Numbered from the whole stretch's first letter, positions 39,400-52,960 are shown. The stretch: DNA of 62,973 bases, filler included, from Octopus bimaculoides (GCF_001194135.2; 7 parts of 6 records of this genome joined end to end with filler, not necessarily neighbours in it); one strand, 5' to 3'. Notes: generated by a model from the letters alone, not told the origin. Translations and numbers: made by a program.

Positions 39400-40010
39400 C
39401 AATTCCCAAGAGATATTGGAATGAAATTTAAAGAGTCCAAATGTGCATTTGGAGTTAAAACATGGGAAAACTTGTGCCCTCATCCATAATTCTAAATATG
39501 AATGATATGAAAATGTAACCTTTACTTTTTGATGAGAGACACAAGTACAAGTGGCTGCTGAAAAGTTCCTGGCTTTAAGAGTATCACGAAATGCCTGGTT
39601 GAAGGCCCGACATTCCAAGTTCGTTTGAAAAGCTTAGAAACGCTGAAGGACCACTGCAATAAGTGTGTGAATCTGTGAGGGTAATATGTTGAATAAAATC
39701 ATAATTAAATGATCCTCTTGTATTTTCTTTTACCTAAAGCCAGGAACTTTCAGCACCCTCTCCTATCTTGGACAGGTATGGAAAATTCATCAATAAGGAG
39801 AGAACAAGGACATTTAACTTCAAGATATTTTAACAAGAATATTACTCACAATGTCTTTGCAGTGCCTATCCTCATATCCGCATTTGGCCTTCTAAACTGG
39901 TCACTGCAACAGCTCAACAAGATAGATATATGAACTCACAAGCTGCTTGGTGAAACTAGAAACATCAATGGTGATGTAGACAGGCTATATTTCCTATGTA
40001 AGGATGGTAG
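39400..40010 (+). mobile_element. R4/Dong-like LINE RT fragment interrupted by a mariner MITE
   Basis: KDIGM.F..SKC, H/YKYLG split at a TA by the MITE, HNVFAVPILISAFGLLNW..DVDRLY. Clade assignment is from motif recall. Confidence 0.65.
39547..39766 (+). mobile_element. Mariner-derived MITE
   Basis: TIRs GCTGAAAAGTTCCTGGCTTT / AAAGCCAGGAACTTTCAGC; TA ends; interior resembles the mariner C-terminus (GLE.LKD.CNKCVNL.G.YVE*). Copies at 45595-45812 (+) and 53348-53564 (-). Confidence 0.85.
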
Positions 40011-41812
40011 CCATGGTTTTAAATTTGTATTGATGTCATATGAAACATGTTGTGACACTGAAGCAACAAAAATAATTGGACCAGTTCACTGAGAAGGTAG
40101 CACTTAAGTGCTTGACACAAGGGACCCAAATCACAGAGGGAATAAATCACATCAAAAGCTTAGCATGAGTACTCATAAGTTTATGACATCCCAGAACTTT
40201 TCACCCACTCTTTCACTTCACCTTCCCCACCAGATTCAACACAGTTTTCAAAGACATCATTACCATGAGAAAAGCAAAAGTGTTTTTTTTTATCTAAAAT
40301 TGAAATTGTCTTGAAAAGTTGGTTCATCAGAAACTTATCTTCAGTATCTGAGGCTCAGTATGTAACTATTAATGATATTGATTTCTAATACAGGTACAAG
40401 GCCTCTAAAAATAACTATAAAAAAAAGAAACAAATTGGCCCTTTGTTTGGTTATGACAACTAGGGTCCTAGTTGATTCAGTCAGCAGAACAGCCTACTCA
40501 TGAGATTAATGTGCAAGTGGTTGAGCACTCCACGGACACACACGTGCCCTTAACGTAGTTCTCAGGGAAATTCAGCATGACACAGAATATGACAAGGCTG
40601 GCCCTTTGAAACACAGATACTAATCATTTTCGCCATCTGTGTAGACTGGAAAATGTGAAATAAAGTGTCTTGCTCCAGGGCACAATGCACCGTCAGAAAT
40701 CAAACTCATGATTTTGTGGTCATGAGCTGAATACCCTAACCACTAATCCATGCACTTTCACTCAACAAGGCCCCTAATATGGATATCGGTAGGGAACAGT
40801 TGATTATTTCAGCCCCAGCACTTGAGGATAAACGAAAAACAATTGATCTGGACAGAATTTGAAACATCATTTCAGTGATAAGAAATGAAAATAGTGATTA
40901 GAATTAAATTTAGATTCTTTTATTCTTTTACTTGTTTCAGTCATGTGACTGTGGCCATACTGGAGCACCACCCTGAAGGGTTCTTTAGTTGAACAAATCA
41001 ACCCCAGGACTTATTTCTATTGGTCTTTTTAGCTGCACTACTAATTTACCAGGACAAAAAGCATCCAGTCCACACTGTAAAATGATTGGTGTTTGGAAGG
41101 GCATCCAGCTGTAAAAACCTTGCCAAAGTTGACCTTACCTGTGCTTGTGCCACAGAAAAAGCACTAAGTCCACTCTGCTGAGTGGCTAGTGTTAGGAAGG
41201 GCATCCAGCAGTGAAAATCCTACCAAAACAGTCACAGAAGTCTAGTGTAGGCTTCTGTCTGGCCAGCTTCTGTCAAACCGTCACACCCATGCCAGCTTGG
41301 AAGGTGGACATTAAACGATGATGATGATGTCAACGCACCAACACTGGTTTTCAAGTGGTGAGGGCTGGGGGACAGGAACAAAGGCACAAACTGATATATC
41401 CATATATATATATATATTAGCGATTTTTTTTCCTCCTTCATCTTGGACTTACCTGCTTTTTCCTGTTTCCAAAGAAGAGCTATGCTCAAAATGTAAAACT
41501 ACTACACTTTTCCTTCTCTGAGCGTCTTATTAATACATTGCTCGTGTTACGTCTACACATTTCTTTGCTTTTTACTTTTTTCTTTTTCTTTTTCTCTGTG
41601 TTTTTTTGAATTGACTATATATATATACACACACACAACAAGCTTCTTTCAGTTTCTATCTATCAAATCCACTCACGAGGCTTTGGGTTGACCCATGGCT
41701 ATAGTAGAAAATACTTGCCCAAAGTGCCACGCTGTGGGACTGAAGCTAGAACCATGTGGCTGAGGTGCAAGCTTCTTACCACACAGTCACACCTGCATCT
41801 ATATGATATGTG

Positions 41813-41848
<36 letters not shown>

Positions 41849-42916
41849 NNNNNNNNNNATATATCAGCTGAATAGTTAAAACATGGTCTGGTTTTCATGT
41901 GCTTTATTATGGTATTTTAAAAAAGTATAAATTTTTTTACAATGCTGAAGTGTGTTAAACATTAAAAAAATATTTTGTAACGTTCATAAAGTTCAATTAG
42001 CACTTTCATGCGTTCATAATCTTTTATCTTTTTTACCTTTTACTTGTTCCAGTCATTAGACTGCAGCCATGCTGGAGCACCACCTAACAGATGTATATGC
42101 ACTTATAGGTACTCCTGGTGAAGATAATGCCTATCTACATTCATGTGCATCCACATACACGCAGTTTCTAATTTTCATATTGTAGATATTTGCAGACACA
42201 AGTATAAAACGTTTTATGCACTTAGTGTGCATACAGGTAATTATATTTTTTCAGTCACATACACACTTTCTAAGAAATGCATGCACACATACACACACAC
42301 ATGCACATTCTCAATGACATACACACACATATACACACATATATACATTTAACACACACACACACACGCGTACATTCATAATTACTAATACAGAAAAATA
42401 TTCTCTTGTTAAGAAACAGATAAAGCCCATTCTCTGTACTTAAAGTAATTAGTTAATGACAAATATGGTGATCCCTTATTATTTTTCATTATCTTCGTCC
42501 AGAGATAATTAGAAATTAAATACATGATAGGATCTACTTTCCCTAATTATATTCACCTCTACCACCACCACCACAACCACCACCACCACAACCACCACCG
42601 CCGTCACCACTTATGTTCTTTTTTCCTTTGAAGAGAAGCAACCACCAATGAAATATGTTTTGGTTATTGTGGCACTGTTGATTGTCAATGTTGTTGGTAG
42701 GGATGGGGTCGATGGTGTTGGTGGCTGATTTAGTGTGTATTTCAAATTACAACTAGCTGACAACAACCAAATAGATAAAAAGTCTTCTAATTATCTCAAA
42801 GATTTATTCCAAGTAGAAAGAAAATGATAGAAATGGAGTAAAAAGAAAGTGAGTGAGAGAATTAATGTGTTCCATAAGCCATGGAGTTTTAGTAATACCA
42901 CTCGGGGCAGTTTTTA

Positions 42917-42918
<2 letters not shown>

Positions 42919-42961
<43 letters not shown>

Positions 42962-43250
42962 ACATGTGTGTGTGTGTACGTGTGTGTGCGTGTGTGTGTG
43001 CACGCGTGCATGTTTGTGTGTGTGCATGTACGTGTGTGTGTGTGTGTATGTGTGTGTGTGTACGTGTGTACGTGTGTGTGTACGTGTGTGTGTGTGTGTG
43101 TACGTGTGTGTGTGTGTGTGTGTGTGTGTGCATGTACGTGTGTGCATATGTGTGTATGTGTGTGTGTACGTGTGTGTGTGTACATGTGTGTGTGTGTACG
43201 TGTGTATGTGTGTGTACATGTGTGTGTGTGTACGTGTGTATGTGTGTGTT
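42919..43250. repeat. Degenerate (TG)n tract with recurrent TACG/TATG interruptions
   Basis: Seen directly. A 16-bp higher-order unit GTGTGTGTGTCTGCAT repeats at 46390-46495. Confidence 0.95.
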
Positions 43251-43536
43251 GCATCTTGAACAAGTTTGACTTGGCAGAGCTTATTTCTGTACATGAAAAA
43301 AGTAACAGGTAAATTAGATCTAAGTAGGGCCAGCAAATGAAAAACTTGATTTTTGGGGGTTTTTATTTTTAACTCTGTGCTCATGCTGCTTACAGGTGTT
43401 GAGATGTACCCATTTATTGTAGATATTAACAGCTTAGAGAATTGGGTTACAGATAGTTAAATGTCATAGACAAAGACATAAAAACTCTACCTATTAATTT
43501 TGTTTAATTCTAATTTCTTAGTGGATTCTAATAGAT

Positions 43537-43576
<40 letters not shown>

Positions 43577-43972
43577 GTAGGGCTGAAGAATTTCACTTTG
43601 CAACTACGTGGTTCCAGGTTTAGTCCCACTGCATGGCACCTTGTGTGTCTTTTTATATAACCCCAGGCCAACTAGAGCCTTCTGAGTGAATTAGGTATAC
43701 AGAAATTATGGGATCATGTTGCATGTGTGTGTGTGTTTGTGTTAGTGTGTGCGTATGTGTGTGTGTGTGTGTGTGTATGTGAAAAATGTTATCAAGCTAC
43801 TGGGGAAGGACAAAGACATACACATACGTGTGTGTGTGTGTGTTGGTTTGTTTATGTTACTGTAACTTAATGATTCAGCTAAAGATACCAATTGAATAAG
43901 TGTTGGGGTTAAGACTCAATCCAATGAGTGAAACAAGTAAATGCAAAAAGATACACAGACATACATATACAT

Positions 43973-44013
<41 letters not shown>

Positions 44014-44899
44014 NNNNNNNNNNNNNNNNNNNNNNNNNNNNNNNNNNNNNNNNNNNNNNNNNNNNNNNNNNNNNNNNNNNNNNNNNNNNNNNNNNNNNNN
44101 NNNNNNNNNNNNNNNNNNNNNNNNNNNNNNNNNNNNNNNNNNNNNNNNNNNNNNNNNNNNNNNNNNNNNNNNNNNNNNNNNNNNNNNNNNNNNNNNNNNN
44201 NNNNNNNNNNNNNNNNNNNNNNNNNNNNNNNNNNNNNNNNNNNNNNNNNNNNNNNNNNNNNNNNNNNNNNNNNNNNNNNNNNNNNNNNNNNNNNNNNNNN
44301 NNNNNNNNNNNNNNNNNNNNNNNNNNNNNNNNNNNNNNNNNNNNNNNNNNNNNNNNNNNNNNNNNNNNNNNNNNNNNNNNNNNNNNNNNNNNNNNNNNNN
44401 NNNNNNNNNNNNNNNNNNNNNNNNNNNNNNNNNNNNNNNNNNNNNNNNNNNNNNNNNNNNNNNNNNNNNNNNNNNNNNNNNNNNNNNNNNNNNNNNNNNN
44501 NNNNNNNNNNNNNNNNNNNNNNNNNNNNNNNNNNNNNNNNNNNNNNNNNNNNNNNNNNNNNNNNNNNNNNNNNNNNNNNNNNNNNNNNNNNNNNNNNNNN
44601 NNNNNNNNNNNNNNNNNNNNNNNNNNNNNNNNNNNNNNNNNNNNNNNNNNNNNNNNNNNNNNNNNNNNNNNNNNNNNNNNNNNNNNNNNNNNNNNNNNNN
44701 NNNNNNNNNNNNNNNNNNNNNNNNNNNNNNNNNNNNNNNNNNNNNNNNNNNNNNNNNNNNNNNNNNNNNNNNNNNNNNNNNNNNNNNNNNNNNNNNNNNN
44801 NNNNNNNNNNNNNNNNNNNNNNNNNNNNNNNNNNNNNNNNNNNNNNNNNNNNNNNNNNNNNNNNNNNNNNNNNNNNNNNNNTGTGTGTGTGTGTGTGTG

Positions 44900-44930
<31 letters not shown>

Positions 44931-45337
44931 ACATAATACATGTACCACAATTAAAACACTCTATAAATCAGTGGGAATGGAAAACAAATTAAGACAACAT
45001 TGAGTAGGGATATATACTTTTGCTTTGCTGTGGACAGGATGACCTCTCTAGTGTTGATGCCACAAAACACACTCAATACCTTCTGTTTAGTGGTGGTGTT
45101 AGAAAAGAAATACAGCAATTGAAACTATACTAATATGGAATGTACAAGTGAGAGCATCTTTCAGCCCATCTAGAAGAACAGTGATTGCAACTATGAACTA
45201 GCTGTAACCATGACAACCTATCTAAGCCATACCAACATGAAAAATTAATGTAAAATGATGAGCATGATCATGGTGATGATGTTGGTTTAGAAAATTTTAG
45301 TTTTTCTTTCTCATACTTGTAGAGAAAAACTTGATAA

Positions 45338-45983
45338 CATTTAACTACCAAACATTTGGTTGCTTACATAATTGAGAAAAGCACTTTTTTAAAAGCACAA
45401 CATTTTTTCCCTTTTGACAAGGGTCTGTAAGTAAGGTAAAATATAGGTACTTTTTAAAAGAGATATTGGAATGTAATTCAATGAGTCCAAATGTGCATTT
45501 GGAGTTAAAACATGGGAAAACTTGTGCCCTCATCTAAAACACTAAATATGAATGATATGAAAATGCAACCTTAACTTTCTAGTGAAAGACACAAGTACAA
45601 GTGGCTGTTGAAAAGTTCCTGATTTTAAGAGTATCATGAAATGCCTGGCTGAAGGCCCGACATTCCAAGTTCTTTTGTAAGGCTTAGAAACTCTGAAGGA
45701 CCACTGCAATAAGCATGTGAATTTGAGAGGGGAATATGTTGTATAAAATAATAATTAACTGATCCTCTGTATTTTTCTTTTACCTAAAGCCAGGAACTTT
45801 CAGCACCCTCTCCTATCTTGGACTGGTATGGAAAACCCATCAATAAGGAGAGAACAAGGGCATTTAACTTCCGAACATTTGTTTGTTTATATAATTGAGG
45901 AAAAAACTTTTATAAAAGCACAACATTATTTGCCTTTTGACTGGGGTCTGTAAGTAAGGTAAAATATAGGTATTTTTTCAAAA
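45338..45983 (+). repeat. Local duplication: about 120-bp direct repeats flanking a copy of 39409-39821
   Basis: 45459-45871 matches 39409-39821 including the MITE; 45338-45460 matches 45860-45983. Confidence 0.9.
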
Positions 45984-46946
45984 TCTCTCTGATGTCCTCG
46001 CTGACCCAAGCCATAAGAGAACAGAAACATTAAGCTCAGATAGTTAATACTTATCATTTTCAAACACTTCACCTTCCAACCCTTTTCTAAGAACAATCTT
46101 GAATTATTCTGATAAGACATAATCTGTGTATGCATACTTCTACATATTCACACTGATTGTGATCAACCAAGGTTGACTTATTAAACAAATACAAACTTTT
46201 AAAAGAAAAACAACAAACAATCCCCACACCTGAAAAAAAAAAGGAGAAAAGCAAGTAAATAAATAAAATGTGTGTGTGTATGTATATGTATGTATGTGTA
46301 TATTTGCATACACACATACATACAAATGATTAGAAGCAGCAGAAGGTTAGACAAAGAAACACACTTATCTCTCTTTATGAGTGTGTGTGCGTGTGTGTGT
46401 GTCTGCATGTGTGTGTGTGTCTGCGTATGTGTGTGTGTCTGCATGTGTGTGTGTGTCTGCATGTGTGTGTGTGTCTGCATGTGTGTGTGTGTGTGGTACA
46501 TAAAAGGCATCCAGTAAACTCTGTGGAGTGGTTGGCGTTAGGAAGGGCACTCAGCCTTAGAAATCAAGCCAAAACAGACTGGAGCCCAGGGCAGCTCTCA
46601 GGCTTACCAGCTCCAGTCAAACTGTCTTACTCATACTAGCATGGAAANNNNNNNNNNNNNNNNNNNNNNNNNNNNNNNNNNNNNNNNNNNNNNNNNNNNN
46701 NNNNNNNNNNNNNNNNNNNNNNNNNNNNNNNNNNNNNNNNNNNNNNNNNNNNNNNNNNNNNNNNNNNNNNNNNNNNNNNNNNNNNNNNNNNNNNNNNNNN
46801 NNNNNNNNNNNNNNNNNNNNNNNNNNNNNNNNNNNNNNNNNNNNNNNNNNNNNNNNNNNNNNNNNNNNNNNNNNNNNNNNNNNNNNNNNNNNNNNNNNNN
46901 NNNNNNNNNNNNNNNNNNNNNNNNNNNNNNNNNNNNNNNNNNNNNN

Positions 46947-47410
46947 TACACCAGGTACATGCATCACAACCATATGTACGCGGCATGGTGATCTCATATC
47001 AAGATAAACAGTGCATGACCTCGCAGGTGGGACCCAGTTAGAATTTTCTTCAGGTCGAGTAGCCCATCCCACTCAAAAGGTCCCTGAATAAGGTTTATTT
47101 AAGGATGTTGTGCAAAACTATCATGTTTCCAAAGGTGAATTATTCAAACCCCAAAGAATTCCTCTCAACACATGGCTATGATATTCACCCACTACTTCTG
47201 CTCATGATCAGAGATGCACATATTGTCAGCCACCAAGGGACATGCTCAACTGGTTAAGGTCAAACAACTGACAAGCAAATCTGTGGTATTAAGCAGAACA
47301 TTTGCTGTAGCCCATCTTTTATACCAAGAGAAAACAATGTACATGTTAACGCTTCCAATCAATTAAGATCAGAAGCCACAGGAGCCACTGCCTGGTACTG
47401 CATCCGAGCA
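46947..47410 (-). mobile_element. Unclassified interspersed repeat, possibly an RTE LINE 5' UTR
   Basis: Non-microsatellite, repeat-like composition next to an RTE 3' UTR across a gap; no ORF motif seen. Confidence 0.3.
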
Positions 47411-47411
47411 T

Positions 47412-47461
<50 letters not shown>

Positions 47462-47549
47462 ATTGTTATTGTTATTGTTATTGTTGTTATTATTATTATT
47501 ATTATTATTCAGTAGTTTTATTTTTATAACGTGCTTTCACTTCACTACC
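47412..47549 (-). mobile_element. Middle module of the hammerhead-SINE family without the 3' ribozyme module
   Basis: TTATTCAGTAGTTTTATTTTTATAACGTGCTTTCACTTCACTACC is identical to 18084-18127. The same arrangement is seen at 62808-62973. Confidence 0.85.
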
Positions 47550-47649
47550 NNNNNNNNNNNNNNNNNNNNNNNNNNNNNNNNNNNNNNNNNNNNTTAATTA
47601 ATTAANNNNNNNNNNNNNNNNNNNNNNNNNNNNNNNNNNNNNNNNNNNN

Positions 47650-47689
<40 letters not shown>

Positions 47690-49018
47690 GATAAATAGAT
47701 AGATCTAGATATGAAAGGCTCGCAGTGAACTTAACAGAACAGAGTTCAAACATTAATACTCAGAAGCTATTATGGCCTATTACAACTCACGGAAATTCTG
47801 TTCTTTATGTTTCACTTTCGTATGTGGTACAGTCTTGTGTATGCAGAACACTGTGCAAGAAATTATTTACATGCAGGCAGACCACGGTTTAGCCCTGTAC
47901 CTATAGTTACTACCAGATTTTCTATGTTCAACACCACATATTGTCAGTATATATCAACGCACTGTGCGCGATTCGCAAGTATAATTTCAAATTCTTTCGA
48001 AGCGTTTACCCTAATATTGTGCACAAGTGTTTCATTTACTCACCTTTGCATTGGATTTAGAACCATCCGATTTAGTTACCCATAACTATTTCTCATAAGA
48101 TTAATACAATACCTGTGTCTATTACTCTTAACGTATACACATTTTAGTGTATACATTTAGCGCGTATTTTCTGCACTGAAAATTATCCATTTTTTCAGCA
48201 ATCTATCCCATCTGAAAAAAAAATTTCTCTTACTTGAGCAATATTTAATCAACATTCTTTTCAAATGGAATATAGGGTTACAGGAAATCACGACGAATCA
48301 TATGGTACGAGTATTTCACTAACTTTAACAGTTCGCAATGACAGGCTACTTATGCTTTAGAAAAGCAAAACTGATGCTAAATTATGAAATTTTACCTGAT
48401 TGGAGACAAATTCATAAGATCTGAATATACTCACACCCGTTCATGGCGTCTGATATTAACAGTGTCAACCCTATTGCTATCCTTCCTTTTAATTCACATA
48501 AATATCATATGCGAGTTTATAAAATTTGCCGGCATATATAACTCTCTGCCTACAAAAATTCATAGTCACATACATACATAAATGCTTACATACATACACA
48601 CATATGTGTGCATATATGTGTGTATATGTGTCTATGCGTTTGTGTGCATGCGCGTTGTGTGTAAACACATATAGTCACAATTCTATGTTCATATAATAAT
48701 ACACTTCAACGCATACATTACCGACGCATAATAGATTGTAGCATTATTAAAACGAAACACGGGACCGATAGTGCAGGGTGTTAGATATTTAATTGAAATA
48801 GAAATTACATCAGATCCTATCCTATACATATTAAAAAGATTGAAGAGGTATAGTTAACAGTATGTTAAGATATTAGAGTTACAGTATTTCTCTCAAAGAA
48901 ATATATAGAAACAATATATAACTGCTTGCGTATACTCATTCATACGTACTGCCATGCGGATATACATGCATACATACATGCATACACACACACACGTACA
49001 CACACACACACACACACA

Positions 49019-49054
<36 letters not shown>

Positions 49055-49154
49055 NNNNNNNNNNNNNNNNNNNNNNNNNNNNNNNNNNNNNNNNNNNNTT
49101 AATTAATTAANNNNNNNNNNNNNNNNNNNNNNNNNNNNNNNNNNNNNNNNNNNN

Positions 49155-49510
49155 CTGTACTTCATTGGTGTGAAGTGATCCTTGTTCTTGATCAAGATCT
49201 GTGACAACTTTCTCTCTGTTTTCAGAGTTGGGTCTTTCTTTACTCTACTGTAGCTACCATCACTTATAAGACTTGCCAATTTTTCGGAGTAGTCAGACTT
49301 GTTCATCACCACTGTAGCATTTCCCTTGTCCGCTGGGAGAACTGTGTTGGAACTGTCTCCTTGTAGCCTTTTGATAGCGAACTTTTCTTCCTTAGTGATG
49401 TTTGGTTTGGGAAGTTTCGCTTTCTCCAGTACCTGTCTCACCTTCCACCTTAGTTCATCTCCCTGAGCTTTCGGTATCTTTACCGCTATCTCTTCAATAG
49501 GGGCTATTAT
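49155..49510 (-). mobile_element. Penelope/Poseidon-type PLE, N-terminal RT region, uninterrupted ORF fragment
   Basis: KPNITKEEKFAIKRL..TVLPADKGNATVVMNKSDYSEKL..YSRVKKDPT. Confidence 0.9.
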
Positions 49511-50432
49511 GTCAATAGGGGCTATTATCATCATCATCATCAGCATCATCATCACCATCATTTGGTATCTGTTTTCCATGCTGGCATGGGTTAGACAGTT
49601 TGACTGGAAGTGGTAAGGTGGAGAGCTGTACCAAGCTCTAGTCTGATTTGGCTTGGTTTCTATGATTGGATGCCCTTCCTAATACTAACCAATCCAAGAG
49701 AGTAGTGGGTGCCTTTTATGTGTCACCAGCATAAGTGCCTTTTATGTGTCACTGGCACTGGTCACGATTATGATTTCTCTTGGCTTGATGAGTCTTTTCA
49801 AGCACAGCAAATCGCCAAAGGTCTCGAACCAGATGACAGCCAAGTCATCTTGAAACATAAACACACACACACATGCACACACACACGTGTGTGCACATGC
49901 ACATGTGTACACACACATATATAGATAGATTTTTAGAGCAAAAGAGAGTGAGAGATTATTTTGTTTTACTTTGTGTATCAATAACATTTGCAGAATTATG
50001 TCTATATAGATGGGGAATTGTCAATCAGTATAGATATTTGAATCATAACATAAATTGATTTTCGTTTCTGTATTTGATTTGTAAGATTCTCGATGTGAAT
50101 TTATGTGTTGAAACAAATTCTGTTGTCTTAAGAGCCATTAATAATAACACATACACAGATTCAATTCTACTTCTATGCAATTCGTCGATTTTTTAAATAT
50201 CTAACCAACTAATTAACTGAACATTTGCTTAATGTGATAGTTAAACAAACAACTGATTGACTGTTTAACCAGTACGTTAAACAAGTAATCAATTAGTTAT
50301 TTGGTTAGTTATTAACCAATTGACTCACAACAAGAAAGTAGAATTGAACCTGTAGATATGTTATTATTATTGGTATGATGACTCTCCAATAGCATTAAAA
50401 CATTATACACATTCAAGATTCAATGCTATAAC

Positions 50433-51007
50433 CAGTTTGAATATGTCAGTAGCATGTTTGAACTTGTAAATGAGCCATTCACTGTTTTGTCAAGGAGAAA
50501 ATTTCTTGTAAAGTAGGAGAAAATTCCTCTAAAGTGAGAAATTTTCTCCCTGACAAAACACAGTGAATGGCTTGTTTTTGAGTTCACATGTGCCACATAT
50601 TCAAACTGTTTAGTGCTCCTACCATCTAATTTGTTTATGGTGAGCCACTGAATAGCTCTACCAGCTGAATTATGATGACTGGAACAACATAAGAGAAATT
50701 GTCTCTCTTATCTGCTTGCAGCACCATCATCCAGTTTCTGTGACTGAAGAGGAGATAACCACTTCGAAATGCTTACATCACACTGTTTGGATAGGTGTTG
50801 CTGCGTATATGTATTTACACCATTTTAACACTTATGTGTATTTACACTTATATGTATTTATACCATTTTTACACTTATGTGTATTTACACTTACGTGTAT
50901 TTACACCATTTTTACACTTTTGTCTCCAGCTAGAAATTTTCTCCATGACAAAACATAGTGAATAACTTGTTTATGAGTTTGAACTTGCCACTGGCATATT
51001 CAAACTG
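50433..51007. mobile_element. MITE with one left arm and two right arms
   Basis: Left arm 50433-50500 pairs with 50545-50608 and also with 50932-51007. A 27+16-bp higher-order tandem repeat lies at 50808-50920. Confidence 0.7.
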
Positions 51008-52807
51008 ATAATAACATTGCATTTATACACATCATTGCTTAGTGTTTCCTCCCCATAACATTCAAAATTATTTCATTAATTTGATTTATTTTTGTAAATC
51101 TTTCAGGTTTTTTTTTTCTTTTAAATCTTTGCAATATTTCAGTTAACTGACCTTTTGGCATTCATCATTGGATTTTATCCGCTGGGGATGGATAAGATCT
51201 GGGATATGGGCTCATTTTTAGAATAAGGGGAAGACTTGCAAGGGGAGAGAAACCTGTGGAAGTGCAACAGTATTGAGAAAAATACAAAGTTAATAGAAAT
51301 GCAGGCAAATGACATTATCATCACCGTCGTCATTGTCATCATCATCATCACCATCACCACCATTCTCAGTCATCATCATCAACATCATCATTACCACCAC
51401 CACGATTATCAGTCGATTTTCATCAAAGAACTTACTTCTCTTATTACTACAAGCACTTTACATTATTGATTTTAAAATCTTTAATAAAACAGGTAGTTGA
51501 ATGCTAAACGGGGCTTTAAAATGAATACACTTAATTTGTAATGATGCCAGTGATAAACTAAGTGAGATAAAGCTTAAATTTACTCTGACTGTTCATCATC
51601 AATAACAATAATAAAAAGTTATCTTCTTGTGTCATACCAACTTATAAGGACTGGTTTCCTGGTTTCATGGTGTATATATTCCCCACCTGGACAGGACGCC
51701 AGTCCATTGCAGGATTACTCACTTTTGCCAGCTGGGTGGACTGGAGCAATGTGAAATGAAGTGTTTTGCTCAAGAACACAATGCAGGTTTTGATCTCCAT
51801 TACTTTTGGGGTTTTTTTCCAATAAAATAGTTTTCAACCATAAATGGTGAGAGTCTATGGATATATTTTCTTGGTAAAGTTTCCTCGTGGTGAACTTTCT
51901 TCATGGTGAATTGATGGTGGAGAACTCTCCTGTAATGAACTGTTGGCGGCAGTGGCAGCTCATAGATAAAATTAGTGGGGATACTGGTTTAGAAAATTTT
52001 TAGCCATTATTTTAATATTGTTTAAAAGGAAACAAATATATAAAAAGAAAATTTGTACATAAACTTGATTGGTTCACATTTTAGCCACTACCGGGTAGTG
52101 TGTATAATTTGTTCACTGAACATTGCCACGGATTCCCTCTTGTTTTTCAAAAGTCCCCACTAAATCACAAAATAAGGGGGAAAAATCTGCCCTATTTTTC
52201 AAATCCTGGCAGCAACACTGAAGCTGGAAGCAGGATAATAATCTAATTCTACACTTTATCACATTCAGGAATATAAATACATTTTTAAGCACAACACACG
52301 GGGAGTTGAAAAGAATTGCTACCTTTTACCTGGCACTGTCATTCATGTAATGCTTTCTCTCTCTAATGTGAAGCTTCCTATGTCGGACATGTAAGTATGT
52401 GCACAACAGCCGAACACTGTGTTGCTGGAACTGTAAAGCACACAGTTCTATACAAGGATTTTTGTATTGTTTTCATAAACTAGGGCATGGCTACTGATAT
52501 TAAGTTCAAGGATTATATAATGTACAAGTAAAAAGAAAGAATTAAAGAAAAAACGACTCATTATATTGAATGTTATCGATAATATCAAGTGGAAATAGCG
52601 GGTGCTGCAGTTCCGCAGTACTTACACATGAGCTGCCACTGGATGGTGGTAAACTTAGCAGATGTGGCGATTGAATGCTACAACAAACAGAATATTTCTT
52701 TTTATGTGCTGGTTACAAGGTGGAAAGAATTGAACCCGAAACCTTTATTGGTCTTGGAGCAAAGGTAATTGGCCATCATTAATTCATCTATTGTAGTTCA
52801 GTTCAAT

Positions 52808-52960
52808 ATATTATATTGATGACCTGCTTCTTATAGAAGAATCTATCAATGAATTATAAAAAAAAGTTCCAAAATGCTAGTATGGTCTAAAAGAAAAAGA
52901 CTTAAGGTCAACGTGACAAAGCCCTAGCTACAAGTTAACAAGGCAGAGCTTGACGTCTCC
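52808..52960 (+). mobile_element. Decayed RTE RT fragment
   Basis: LYYIDDLLLIEESINEL*KKF resembles LYADDL.L.AES..EL..KF. Confidence 0.65.

Noticed and set aside
52720-52764. 45-nt plus segment VERIEPETFIGLGAK resembling a leucine-rich-repeat exon
   Set aside because: Isolated, weak acceptor context and no neighbouring LRR units; likely chance.
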